From the NCBI GenBank assembly GCA_028534125.1, contig CM052818.1, positions 1,738,001 through 1,802,000 on the forward strand: a stretch of DNA of 64,000 nt. The letters are read 5' to 3'. Source of the DNA: Lama glama. Taxonomy: Eukaryota. Below, piece by piece: positions 1 to 13,660 of this stretch. The notes below the pieces were generated by a model. That model saw only the letters and a list, made by a program, of their open reading frames with translations, did not search any database and had not been told where the DNA came from. The translations under genes and the position numbers were made by a program. The stretch's first letter is position 1; each line of letters starts with the position of its first letter.

Positions 1-559
1 TCAGCATAGTTAATACAGCATTTGTTAGTTGCTTTAAGCTCTGTCATCAACTGATATCTGTTAAGCGCTTTGGTTTGGCTGTGTTAGCCTGAAAGGGTTT
101 ATAGTCCTCTTAAAGGAGGGGTGAAATATACTGACAGAAAGATAAGCCATGATCCTAGGTAGTGTGTGATTAATGCTATTTAAGTGGTACAAGCATTGGG
201 AAGAAGAAGTGAGAGCAGAGGCTGCAATGCTGTGGAAGGGCTGCCTGGAGAGACCAGGGGCTTTAACCACGCAGCCAGGGGAGCAAGAACTGCACTGCAG
301 ACAGGCGCACAGCTCATCCAAAGAGCATGGCTGGGAAAGAGGGCTGGAGTAAGGGAAGTTACAAACTGAAATCCCCATACGCCTGTGAAGTGGGATTATT
401 ATGTTTCACTCAGTTTCTCGATAGCACCGTTTAGAAGCTATAGTTATCAATTCTACCTGACTGTCCCAGTCCATTTTGTTTAATAAAGAAATTATCATTC
501 CACGGTCATGCGATCTTTAGAGACTCTTGGTCCCATTGTAGCTTTTTTTAAGGGCATCA

Positions 560-1600
560 TATTTAGTAAGGTTTCTTTCCCTGATTATAAAAGTAATACG
601 TGTTTGTTACAGAGAATTTGAAAACTATAGACAGTTATCAATCTGAAATAAAATTGAGACATTATTTACATAGATTTGTCTCCTGCATTTTCACTTAATA
701 TCTTACGAGCATCTTCTTATATTATCAAAAACTATATAAATATTATTTTTTCTATTCCACCCTAGGGAATATAATTTTTAACTATTTTTCTCAGGTTAGA
801 CATTTAGATTATTTCCAGTTTTAGCCTAGTGTAAATAACACTATGATGAACATCCTGTGCATATATCTTTGTCTAGATTTTCTGGTTAGTTCCTTAGGAT
901 TGATTTCTCCAGAAGTAGAAATACGAGGATAAACATTGTGAACACTTATGGCTCCTGATGTATATTAACAAATTGCTTTCTAAAGTAGTTTTACCAATTT
1001 ACATGTATAGTACATGAACAGGCCATTGTCATCTCACTATGACCAGGATTAAATATTCTGTTTATAAAAATCTTGGCTAATTATGATAGGCAAAAGTTAT
1101 CTCATTGTTTTAATTTGCCTTTCTTTGATTGTTCTTAAGGTTAAACATTTTTTAATGTTTATTAGACATTTGTGGGATTTTGTCTGTGAATTATCTAGTA
1201 ATGTCCGTTAGCTTTTACCCATATTTACCCGTGTCTCATAGGAGCATTACATTCTTAGCAGTTGTAGTTCTTCATATAGTAAACCTTGTATTTCTTTGTC
1301 ATACTTACTGACAACATTTTCCCTGGTTTCTTTGCCTTTTGTTTTTATCTTTTTTATATACTGAAGCTATAAGTTGGCAGATAATATTTTGTAATTTTTC
1401 GTATTACTTTTATTCTTCAAAAGTCCTTCCATAATCAGAAATAAGACTAAGACCTCCATTTCTTCTTTATTGTTCCCTTTTAAAAAGCAGATTGTAAATG
1501 CATCTAGAATTTATTTTGGAGAAAGCTGTGAAATTAGGATTTAATTTATTTTTGTCTCATGTGGTGAATGTTCCCAGTATCGTTGTTGTTTAATCCATTT
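560..1600 (-). mobile_element. Degraded ancient L1 (L1ME-like)
   Basis: gacatttagattatttccagtttt...ctatgatgaacatcc...atctcattgttttaatttgc, the antisense L1 3' pattern. Confidence 0.65.
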
Positions 1601-1652
1601 CCCAGATTTGGCAATCTGGTCTTAAATTTACGGTGGCGTTACTACTTAGAGA

Positions 1653-1698
1653 TAGAGAGAGAGAGTGAGTGAGTGTGTGTGTGTGTGTGTATGTGTGT
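1653..1698. repeat. Compound (GA)n/(GT)n microsatellite
   Basis: tagagagagagagtgagtgagtgtgtgtgtgtgtgtgtatgtgtgt. Confidence 0.95.
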
Positions 1699-3379
1699 CA
1701 TCATGGGAAATAGGACATTGGGAAAGTTGGGAAAATCTTGCGCCATGTTAATCGAGAACTAGATCCTATTTTCAGCGGGAACTTTTAAATCAAACATTCT
1801 CAGTGGGTTTGATTTTACCAAGTTAACATTAACTGTTTTATTCTTTATCTCTCTCCAGCTGTTCTCACTGATGGGAGAAGCTTGTAACTGTTTTCTTTAT
1901 CGACTCCTTTATTTTTACCATTACTCTCTGACATATACCTCTAAGACCTGTTTCTTCATTCTTAGTAATGTTATTTTTATTCCTGCTTTCATTCATAGTG
2001 TTTTTTGCCTGAAAGGCCCTCTTTCTACTCATCTCCAAATCCTAATTCTTCCAGCCAGCTTTATTTGGTCCTCTGAACTCCAGGAGCACTGGCAATCTAT
2101 ACATAACAATTGTGAGCACTAACATTCATTTTATCCCCTATGTAAATCTTGTTTTACCAGATACTGTAAGCTTCTTGCAGAGACTGCTTCTAACCTTCCT
2201 TAGTGCCTAACATTAAGATTGTCTGTTAGTCTGATTTAAATACATGAATCAAGTCATTATCTACAGCATTAAGAATGGGAAGGATGCATTGTTATGTGTT
2301 TAGCTCCCTCTCTGCCAGCATCTCCGACAACCACCATCAGGGTCTCTGTAAAACCGAGGTGAAATAAATTATCCCCATTTGACCCAAGAAGGAATTGTAA
2401 TGCAAAAATGTACCTTCAGTTACTTAAAGACTTTGCTCAGGAGCAAGACTTCCCAAAATCAGTCTTTTTATCTTTCTCTTTAGTTCTTCCCTTTCCAAAG
2501 CTACTTTGTTCACAAATAAAAAAATTGCTTTTAATTTAGCTTGTATTTGTCAAAGTATATTCAAGGGAACCATAGTCCCATAGCATGCTAATAAGTGTCT
2601 CGCAGTCAGAGAGTCCCAGAGTAAATAAATTTGGGACATGCTGAGTTAAACAAACTTCAAATGGGCTTCTTTTTGGTAGAACTTCTCAGAACCCTTAATA
2701 TGGTCCTTAACATAGTGAGTCAAACTTAACTGCCTACAGAACTCTTTCCCCCTCCTCCCACCACAGTGGATCTGTGAACGCATTTTAGGAAATAGAGCTG
2801 GTCTATTCTTTTCCCTCAGTATTTGCCCCATCCTTTCTTGCTTCTTATATTCTTTTGATTTTCTGTCGAGGTTATATTGCACAGTAAGGTGATCCTGCCT
2901 TTATGACACACTTTGAGATGAGGATGCCTGTCAGAAAGAGTTCCTTGCCTTGATGTAATTACATCCAGTACCACAAAAATAGCCAAACCTTTATCATTTT
3001 AAGGAGTGTTCTTAAGTGGCATGTGGTATCTGTGTCTCTGAAACAGGCAGATTTTCTAAAAGGAGTATTTTGAGTTAATGTGTTATAATCTACCGATTTG
3101 AATCTTTGTGGGGAATTTAGGTGATTTCTTGTTTGGGCTATTCCAAGTGACTCTATGATACACATTTTCATGCTGTGTAAACTACAGGAGAATGAAAGTG
3201 GAACAGATACTTGGATTTGTGAATTGTCGCTCTCCGTCTTTCTCCCCTTTGTGGGACGCTCGGTAGCCTCCTTTGGGGAACTCCCTACCTTGTCTGCCTC
3301 TGATAAATGCCTGATTTCTTCCAGGCCTGGAAAGAGATGTCTTGTTTACTGTAATAGACCACAAATTGTTGGACTAAAC

Positions 3380-4250
3380 TTGTCCTGTTGTCATGAAGAC
3401 TGCAAATGGCAGACTGATTCTGTTCGCTCAGTTTCTGCCAATTTGAATCTTTCTAATCTCTCATCTCCACCGAATCCCCTTGGCTTCCTGCTGCTTCCTC
3501 TAAACTCTCCCATCACTGTCAGAGTTATGTCTTCTTCAAGATGTCCCACCGATACTTCAAATGCAGTATGTCCTGAATTCGATGCTTTATTTTTATTTTT
3601 CTCTTCTCTTACCTGCTTTTTCTCTTTTTTCCCCCTCATTCCTTCCCCTCTCCCCAGTGACGTCACCACACAATCCATTACTCTAAGAAATCTTAGATTT
3701 AGCCTTGATCGTCTTTTTCTCCCACTGACTGCTCATTCTTCTGAATATACGGTCAGTTTTCGAGTACTGTCAACCCTATGCCCTTACCACACTTCAAACC
3801 AATTTGTTCTGTATCTCCATCGCTTCGGCCCCCATTGAAGTTCTTTCAAGTTAGCACTGTCTTCATTATTTCTTCAGTGTAGTTCATCTTCCATAGTGAC
3901 GTAGGATGATCAGTGTTGTCAACTCCACACTTAAACACCTTTGATCGCTTCCCTTTGCCTAAATGATAAAATCCAAATCTCCTTCTACATGAAATCCAAA
4001 CCTGCTGAGTCCAGTCTGCTTTTACAGCCTCTTTTCTTCTTTTTCTCTCTCGTCCAATCTATGCTTCAGTCATACTTTTGCCCTGAACATCTTGCTCATT
4101 CATATCTTTTGACCTTTACACTGTTCCTCCACCAGCAGCAGTGAGCAACCTTAGTTATGTGATGCCAAAATGAAGCTGTCACCTCCTTAGCCTTTGCCCC
4201 ACTACATTGTTGTTCTAAGTCAAGTAAAACTATAAGCTTCTTGACGAAAG
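3380..4250 (+). mobile_element. Degraded L2 LINE
   Basis: Pyrimidine-rich, with an L2-like passage (cccagtgacgtcaccacacaatcc...agaaatcttagatttagccttgat) and an L2-like 3' region. Confidence 0.55.
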
Positions 4251-5744
4251 ATTCTTTTGTTTAAAAAAAAATCCAGCTTCAAGTTACTTATTCATAATTT
4301 TATTGCACTGATTTAAAGAATCTGGTATTTTTTGAGGTTTGCTTTATAGCCTCTTTGTGACCAGGTGCTTGAAAAGAATGCATAGTTTCTAATAAATAAA
4401 TACAGGGTTATATATCCAGTGAATCAGACTTAATAATCGTGCTATTCAAGCCATCTACATCTTTACTAGTTTTTTAAAAGTGTGCTTTATCAATTACTGA
4501 AAGAAGAGTATTCACATCTCCCTGTTGTTGCATTGTATCCATTTATTCTTATGATATCGTGAGATTTGACTTGTGTATTTCATTGTATAATTTGAGACTA
4601 TGCTCTGGGTGTATAAAAATTTAGAAATCCTGTGTCTTGGTGAATTATTCTTTTACCAGTACATAGTGGCCCTCTTTATTCCTAATACGGCTTTTTTGCC
4701 TTATAGTCTATACCTCACCTACTTTCTCTCTCTCTCTTTTTTTTTTTTTCTGTAACTGCTCAGAATATCTTTTTTCCATTGTTTGACTTTGAACTTTCTA
4801 TGTCCTTATAGTTATATTTAGATTTATTTCTTATAAGCAGTATATAGTTGGATTTGCTTATTAATACAACATGAGAATCTCTATCTTTTAACCAATTAAT
4901 ACAGGTCATTGCAATCATTTTTATTTCTAATATCTTGTGTGTGCTATTTACAGTGCCTTTTCTTTGTTTCTTTTTGTTTTGTGTATTTTCCTGCCTTCTA
5001 CTTTTTTATTTTTTGTTTGTAATGGTAGCATCACAAATATGAATTTAGAGAATGCAGACCTATTCTATTTCTAAACCTATTACACCTGGAATTATTTTCA
5101 GTCTTTGATGCACGTATTAAGGATTATCTCTTTTTTCTAGTTTTATATGATGGTTGTCAATTCTGCTGCTTCCTACTTACCTGACAAATACACTGACAAT
5201 TTGCTGCTGGTTAAGAAGGCAGAAGACATGCTGTTCCTAATTTCAAGGCATTCATTTTCCCTTTTGCCATTGTTTATCTGAAAGGCAGAGCTTTCAGCTT
5301 TAATATAATCATCACCACTTGGCTGTTCACATAATTTGAACACCAGTTCGCTGATGGACCCCAAGTCCCCTGACTTACTGAATGAAGTTAGTTCCTTTGT
5401 CACTGCTACCAGAATGGCAGTGCTTTGGTGATGGTATTGAGATCTGATCAAAGTTGAACATAAAAACTAAATTCATATTTTCTCTTTAAAATGTAAGAAC
5501 CCAAGTGAACCTAGATCAAGATTTTGTGAAGGGATGCTGGAGAAAAAGGAAGAATTAAGCAACTTAAATGTTCAGAGATGTAACTTCACTCTCCAGCAAC
5601 ACCAAGCTACCAAGCTACCTCTGGTTCCTTGCATGGATGATTCTATATCCCCCTCTGTGTCTTTGCTTATTCTGCCCTCCTCCCCTGCTGGGATAGCCTT
5701 CCCCTTTCCCCTCTTCTTTATATAAAATTTGGGAGAAGATTTTT

Positions 5745-6735
5745 TTAAACATTTTTTTATTGAGTTATAGTCGTTTTACAATGTTGTGTCAAATTCCAGT
5801 GCAGAGCACAATTTTTCAGTTGTACACGAGCATACATACATTCATTGTCACATTTTTTTTTGCTGTGAGCTACCACAGATCTTGTATATATTTCCCTGTG
5901 CTATACAGTATAATNNNNNNNNNNNNNNNNNNNNNNNNNNNNNNNNNNNNNNNNNNNNNNNNNNNNNNNNNNNNNNNNNNNNNNNNNNNNNNNNNNNNNN
6001 NNNNNNNNNNNNNNACATTGGGGTGCAGGTGTCATCCTGAAGTAGGGTTCCTTCTGGATATATGCCCAGGAGCCAGATTCCTGGGTCATAGGGTAAGTCT
6101 ATTTCTAGTCTCTTGAGGAATCTCCATACTGTTTTCCACAGTGGCTGCACCAACCTGCATTCCCACCAGCAGTGTAGGAGGGTTCCCTTTTCTCCACAGC
6201 CTCTCCAGCATTTGTCATTTGTGGACTTTTGAATGATGGCCATTCTGACTGGTGTGAGGTGATACCTCATTGTAGTTTTGGTTTGCATTTCTCTGATAAT
6301 TAGTGATATTGAGCATTTTTTCATATGCCTGTTGATCACTTGTATTTCTTCCTTGGAGAATTGCTTGTTTAGGTCTTTTGCCCATTTTTGGATTGGGTTG
6401 TTTGTTTTTTTCTTATTGAGTCATATGAGCTGCTTATATATTCTGGAGATCAAGCCTTTGTCGGTTTCATTTGCAAAAATTTTCTCCCATTCCATAGGTT
6501 GTCTTTTAGTTTTACTTATGGTTCCCTTTGCTGTGCAGAAGCTTGTAAGTTTCATTAGGTCCCATTTGTTTATTCTTGCTTTTATTTCTTTGCTTGGGTA
6601 GACTGCCCTAGGAGAACATTTTTGAGATGTATGTCAGATAATGTTTTGTCTATATTTTCTTCTAGGAGGTTTATTGTATCTTGTCTTATGTTTAAGTCTT
6701 TGATCCATTTTGAGTTGATTTTTGTGTATGATATA
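5745..6735 (-). mobile_element. 5'-truncated young LINE-1 (ORF2 C-terminus plus 3' UTR), interrupted by an assembly gap
   Basis: ORF 5848-6339 encodes [31 protein letters not shown]...[18 protein letters not shown], the L1 ORF2 cysteine-rich C-terminus; also YTKINSKWIKDLN. Confidence 0.93.
5915..6014. other. Assembly gap (100 N)
   Basis: Run of 100 N. Confidence 1.
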
Positions 6736-7176
6736 AGGGAGTGAAAATATTTTAGATTTACAGAAAAGTTGCAAAGGTAATACAAAGAGTTCTTCCATGC
6801 CCTTCATCCAGTTTCCCCTAATGTTAACATCTTTTCTCTTACCGTGGTACATTTGTCACAACTAAGAGATTAACACTGGCATATTTTGTTAGCTAACTAT
6901 GGACTTTTTTCAGACTTCATCAGTTTGTCCACTGATGTCCCTTTTCTATTTCAGCATCCAATCCAGGATGCTACATCACATTTAGTCATCGTATCTCCTT
7001 AGACTCTCTGCCTTCTGTTTGATTTATTTGTTTATAATCTCCTTTCCTTCTTTTTCCCCTTTATTTGGTGGTTTTGCATTCTATTTCTGTTCTTTTAGAA
7101 GTTACCAACACACCACGTGTCCTGGGCTGTGGAGAGACTGTCACATATGTTGCTGTGGTAGTATATACATTAGTAC

Positions 7177-7226
7177 AACTTCTAAAGAGGGAATTTAGTG
7201 TAACTTCTAAAGAGGGAATTTAGTGT
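7177..7226. repeat. Exact 25-bp tandem duplication
   Basis: aacttctaaagagggaatttagtgt twice. Confidence 0.97.
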
Positions 7227-10200
7227 GCATATCTTTTGATCCAGCAGCTCCTCTCCAGGTACTCAATCCTACAGAGTTATACACTTGTGCACATATACTA
7301 GGTTATTTACTGCATCATTATTTATAATTGTTTAATAGGCTACTAATGAAGAGGTTTCCTATACTCATATGAAATGATGCCCAGTATATTGGTTAATAGG
7401 GATGGGAAGCCAAATTCAGAACACTGCATTTAATATGCTCTGATAAACAGGTTCCTTATGCCTGCTAGATTTGTTTTCTGGTCTGCCCTTTCACTAAGAT
7501 CAGCCTTTGAAGAGTTTTGTCTTTACACCGCAGTGTCAGTTCTAACCTGCCTAACCCATAGACAGGTACAAGTCATCGTCTCCAGTCCCCATGTGGTCTG
7601 GAAAACCCAAGCTCCAGGCACCTCCCCGCATGCTAGGACAACCAAATGAATTTTTCATTACTTCATGGTTCTGATAATGATTTTTTTTACACCATTGTTA
7701 AAAAACTACTCTACCACCTCGGGATATGAAAATTAAATAAAGAATAATGTATGCAAAGAACTTAGCTCAATGCCTGACCCATAAAGTACTCAATAAACAT
7801 TGTTGTTGAGTTGCTTTTTCTAATTTTCTATTTGCTGTTAGACTTGCTCTTGATATTTATCAAACTTTCTTCATTCATACCTCTTTTTAATGAACATAAA
7901 CATATCATATCCTGTTTAGTATTATTTAAAATTATAAAATGATTTTATGGCTATAAATAAAACCATTGGTAATGCTCAATATCCTTTTCAAGCTGCACAT
8001 GTATTTGGTTTCTCTCCTCCTTCTTCCTGGGAAGATTCTGATACACTTTCTTACCCCGTAAGAGGGCTTGTGCTCAAGGTGAGATCCACTTATTTAGCTT
8101 GTTTCCAATTTTATGCAGATTGGTTTCTTTTTTTTGTTCCTGTGAATTCTATAATACGTATCTTTATACACATAATATTTTTTGCCTAGTAAATTACTCC
8201 CTTCAGGTAAATTTCTAGGATTGGAATCCATTGTGCCAGAGGGTAGAAATACTTTTGTGATTCTCAAAAGATAAGGTAGTATTTCTTCCTAAATGATGTG
8301 CCATATTGTAGTGCTATTTGCAATGCATGAGTATACTGATTTTACCAAAACCTTCAAACATTAAGTTAATATTTAATACATTTGCTAATTCTTAGGTGTA
8401 AAACAGCAACTTCTCATTGCTTTAATGTCAGTTTCCTTGATTACTAGTGAACGTAAACTAGATGTTCATGCAACATACATTTTCGGTATCTTTCATGTAA
8501 CACGTATCAGGCATTAATCTAAAAATAGTCCTCATTTAGATGTTTGCACTCTGAAAAGATTTGGAGCTTAAACAAAGTGAAAAAGGAGAGAAATTAAACT
8601 AGAAAGTGGCTGTGTTTATAAACAAGCAGTCTTGAAACACAAGACCACTGTGGTAATTGGAATGGTCTGTATCCCAGAATGTCCTGCTTAATAGATGCCA
8701 AGCTCACCAACTAGCTGGGAAAAGGCAGAGCAGCGTGTTTACCCCAAGGTGGTCAGATGAGGCAAATCTGAATGAATTCCTAAGCTCCACAATTACTCTC
8801 CAACCAAAAATTGATCATGGCCCTCACCACCTGAGTGTTTACATGAAGGATTCTGTTTTCCTGAAGTATTACAGAATTCTGGCTTTGAAAAAAAACAGAC
8901 ATCTTCTAGATCTGAGAACATTTTCTGTCTTTATAAATGTATTTAATAATAAAACAGAAACACATGTTCTTTTTCCAAATACCATGTTAATTCAAAAAAG
9001 GCCTTTTCATTAGATTATATACACACAAGGGCTAAAGATTACAAAGGCAAAAAATTAAATTGTAAACTATACAAGGGATGCTGAGGAGAAAACCTTAACA
9101 GGGGTCGTAATCAGAGATGCTATATCCCTTCTGCTTGCTCTGTTTGCAATGTGACAGTCGTGGGGAATCCTGCCTAGGGAGAGGCTGCAATGCTTTCATA
9201 ATCTGTAACCACGAAGGGATGACTCAGATCTTTATCTTTTATAAACTACACTCATAATTTGGTGATTTACTCACTTTCCCAGAGTCCAAATGTTTGGTCC
9301 AATGATTTAAGACAAGTTGAAGGAATCTTTTTGTTTGGGTTTTTTTTTTTTTCCCCACTGCATTTTCTGAATAGTGGTTTCTCAATGGCTATTAGCTGTT
9401 GAAATCAGTTAACCCTCGTATCTGCCTATGGGGCTCTTTCTACCTTCTTACCAGATGACAGTGGAGCCTGGTGACCACAGTAAAGGCAGTGGCGTTCTTG
9501 GCCGGGAGGAGTACAGGGTGGAGGGGATTGACCTCAGATATACTGAACACAGTTGCTGTTGCCACCACACATTTTCAGTGCTAGTGACTCACATAGAAGG
9601 CAGCTCGTCTCTGAAGAGAGAGTGAGTATGTTGCAAGGTCTCTCATGAAAACGTCTCTTCTATTATCATCAGTCTCACCTTATTGGTTTAGTTACTAAGG
9701 GATGGTAAGTACAGAAGGGAACCCCCTATCCTGGAAGTCCCCTCTGCCTAGTTAAGGTTCAGAGCAGCTTGTGATGAACTTATGATTCCCGGGGGGCAAA
9801 GAGGGTGGGAAGGGATAAATTGGGAATCCCAAAATTGCACCTCTTGGGGAGTGATGGAAATGTTAGCTATCTTGATTGTGGTGGTCGTTTCATGGGTGTA
9901 CACATCTATCAAAATTCACCAAATTGTGCATCTGAAATATGTGTAGTTTACTGTACAGGAACCATAGCACAATAAAGGTGCTGTTTTTTTTTAAGAGCTT
10001 ATGATGAGTTATTTGAAGTGCTAGGCATACATTAAGGGATATATACAACTCACTGTACAATAAGAGCACTTTCCAGAAGAATTGCTCATGTAGTCCAGGC
10101 AGCCCCTTGACCCCTCCCCAACATAGGCCCGGGTCAGATATTTCCTGAGAGAGGCACCAGTGTCCCCATAAGGACTCAATTATAAAATGCTCCATCCCGA

Positions 10201-10974
10201 GAAGAAAGGCTGTGTGCTCTTCCCTGCTTCAGCTTCTAGCCCAGGGCCATTTGTTTGGTTTTGAGATTCTTCAGCTAGACACAGTGCCACTCAAATATAT
10301 AATAAAGTTTTTATATTAAAAATGATTAAGAAACTTCTTGAACTGATTTTCCTATGCCTTCAACTCTGTCTATACAAATATAATTATTACACAGTTATGC
10401 TCTTGTCTACACAAATATATCTCCTTCCATACTTCAAGGCCTACCTTTCTTGTAGGAAGATTTCTCCGCTAAATTCTGGACACAAAGATACTCTTTTAAA
10501 CTTTTCTCCTACGTAGCGTTTCCCTCCTGCGCTGAGTAGATGTAAGCAGCTTGGTGTAGCACCTGCCTCTCTTTTTTTACAGCCGATGCTGTTTTTCAGT
10601 GGCAGTCACAGAATTCCCTATATCATATAGGACTCATTATTCAAGTGCCTAGACCATGCCAGGTAGTGGGGTCCAGCCGGCAAAAAGACACACGTTGTAA
10701 ATGTTTAAAAGGGTCTCCATCTTCTTTGTCTGTTTCATTAGTGAATCTCCCAGGTTATGTAAAGCTCTTGATGAGTTTTCTTATTACTGTGAGAACACTG
10801 GCTGTTTCTTAGTTATTCTGGATCTCTGCTCAGTCACCCCTTTATCTTTTCCTTCATACCCTTCACCTTTGCCCAGCCTCACCTGCCCAGCTTGACCTGG
10901 CTAGTTAATTCAGAAGGGTTTCCCAAAATCAAGAAGACAGATAAAAGGCAATCACAGAGTATTTATAATTTTCT

Positions 10975-11306
10975 TTAATTTTTTAAAATTGAAGTACAGT
11001 CAGTTACAATGTGTCATTCTCTGGCGTACAGCATGATGTCCCAGTCATGCACATACATACATATATTCATTTTCATATTCTTTTTCATTAAAAGTTATTG
11101 CAAGCTATTGAATACAGTTTCCTGTACTATACAGAAAAAATTTGGTTTTTTATCTATTTTTATATATAGTAGTTAATACCTGCAAATCTCGAACTCACAA
11201 ATTTACCCCTTCCCACTCCCTTTCCCCTGGTAACCATAAGATTGTTTACTATGTCTGCTAGTCTGTTTCTGTTTTGTAGATGAGTTCATTATTGTCTTTT
11301 TTTTTT
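10975..11306 (-). mobile_element. LINE-1 3' UTR fragment (same young family)
   Basis: aattgaagtacagtcagttacaatgtgtc...ccataagattgt, homologous to 37900-38170. Confidence 0.85.
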
Positions 11307-13489
11307 AGTGATTTTCAAATCCATATGTTAATCAAAGGGGATATGTTTCCAAATATCTTCTGAGCCAAAACTCTGAGCTGAGTATAGTGACACTCAAAAG
11401 AATGTAGCCTCTGCCCTCAAGTACTTTAAAAGTAAATTATTCTTAGAGGTTCATTCATTCATTTATTCAGTAAATATTTGCTGAACCTCTGCTGCGTGCC
11501 AGGCACCGAAGGTGGATCAGTGAACAAAACAGACAAAGATTTCTGACCTCATGGAGCTTACAAGGTAGGATGGAGGAATGAGGAAATTAAAAAATAATAA
11601 TTAATAAACTGGGAGAAGAGTAATGAGTGTCCCAGGTCACGGGAAGGCCATGATTTTATCGTGTAAAATTTGCAGGCATTTTGAAATTTAGTAATTTGAT
11701 GTAGATTGTTTTATTCTTCTTTTTCAAATGAAGAAACTTACAGTTTGTCTTCCTTGGGGCTTAGAGATTTCTTTTCTTGTGAATTGACGTCAGATATTTT
11801 CTTTGATGTGATGTTAAATTGCCACCAATTTCCCCATGTGCCATGAATTTCAATAAAGAGAGGGAAACTTGCATGGAGACCCTAGCCATAAGTCTGGGTC
11901 ATTTCTCAGTCGCATTGCCACACTCCACATGCTTTGAATACCCTGGAAATTATTTAGGATGGTTTCTTCGAGGTCAGAGTGCCCATCTGGAAAGTCTGTA
12001 AGGAGTCTGCTAGTGATCACCCCTGCTGCCCCGGGGGCATGAAGAGCCCACCGTCTTCCAGTATTTTCTCACTGCCTTGGCTGGATAGAGAGCAACCATC
12101 TGCTTTGGTACAAGTGAGGAGGGCCAGGAGAGAGGACTTGCAAGTAGCAGGGCCAGCACCTAGGAGCAGTTTAGAAAGAGCTGGGCCTATTTGCTAAAGC
12201 AGCTCCATCCAGTTTATACACTTTGCAGACTCTGGAAAAATCTGAGCACTCCCAGATAAATTCCTCTCATTTCCAAGCCTGGGCACCTAATGGAGCCTTA
12301 ACCTTAAAGGTTTGTTAAAACATTTATGTAACACTTGGAATCTCCAAATCCCTTCACAATTGTTCATTGGTTAATTAAGCTCTGTAGTTTCCTTGGGAAG
12401 GAAGCTGGTACCTCCATCTCCATTTTAGAGATTAGACACAATTAGGTTAAGTGGCTGACCTGAGGCTGTTCCATGAGTCAGGTCCCCAGTAATTCCACAG
12501 TACATGAACCAGTATTCAACCGTGGCCCCACCAACACAAATCACTTAACCTCCCTGAGCCTTAGTTTTTTTCAAGTACTAATGAGATACTAATGATCTTT
12601 GTACTACCTATTCTGAAGAATGGTTGTGAAAATAAAATGAGACAAACAGAACATACTATAATACTAGTTATAATTAAGTAATGGATTAAGGCAGAAGGAA
12701 TCAGCCACCTCATTATTTAATACATAGATGGTGCTACTTGTTTGGGGCCAGAGCAGAAAAAGTAGAGAAAGAGACAACCTGTGGCTGACCCTCTTAACAA
12801 AACGGTGTCCGCTCGCTTATTTGACTCAGTTAAATAGTTAGAGTCGGGAAGAGAAGGAAGCTAAAGATGAAAAGAGTGAGTAATACTAGGAGGAGAAAAA
12901 TGAAAGACGTGTAATTGGGCGTCTTCACAAGATTTGCGATAAACTGCTTACCTTGACCTGAGAATCACTGCCTGCTCTCAAGCAGCATTGCAGCGTACAA
13001 GGAGATGCTTAAAATCCATGAGCGGAGGATGCTAGCTGGATTCTGCTGTCCAAACCACGGCTCCACGTCCCAGATCTGGTAATGATCTTTCAAGATCGTG
13101 TAGTCCCACGCTGTTTCCCTCCCCAGTCCCCGCCTCGCACCCTCCTGCCCCGGCCTAAGCCAAGCTTTAGTAAATGAGACCATTTCGTGGTTGTCAGTAT
13201 CCACACGCTGGCTGACCACTTGATGATTGCAGCTGGCGTTCCCTTCAGCTTTCTCTTGTCTGGCTTGGGAACTCCAGAGAGCAACCCTTTCTTTCAGCAT
13301 CTTCACTGGTGAATGCCAGGGCCTCTTGTCGCCTGTACAAAGCAAGATATAAGCAACTATAGGTACAATCAAGTTGCCAGAACACTAGCTTTCTTTTCAT
13401 TCTCTCTGAGTTTTTTTTTTTTAAAGTTGGGCTGTGTAAGAATAGAATTGTTCTTAATATATGCATTTTCCTTTTTCCAAAGAGTCCTT

Positions 13490-13660
13490 CGGTGATTTAG
13501 AACAAGTTACTTAACCTCTCTGGCCTCATTCTCTTCATCTGTAAAGTGGGCTTATGAATAAACCTTGCCTCATAGGGTTGTTTTGAGGATAATTAAAGTG
13601 ATACATAAACATGCTGAGCGCTGTGTCTAGCATGTAGTAACCGTATTAACACTTATTACT
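13490..13660 (+). mobile_element. MIR SINE
   Basis: caagttacttaacctctctggcctcattctcttcatctgtaaagtggg...cctcatagggttg. Confidence 0.8.

Noticed and set aside
218..232. 15-mer AGAGGCTGCAATGCT also present near 9180
   Set aside because: A lone 15-mer match is expected by chance in 64 kb, and the flanks are not similar.
3155..3838. 227-aa ORF
   Set aside because: Ser/Leu/Phe-rich translation of pyrimidine-rich, L2-like sequence; no recognisable domain or exon structure.
8195..8212. cccttcag|gtaaat recursive-splice-like motif (another at about 26690)
   Set aside because: Short pyrimidine tracts, and both lie within degraded L1 remnants.
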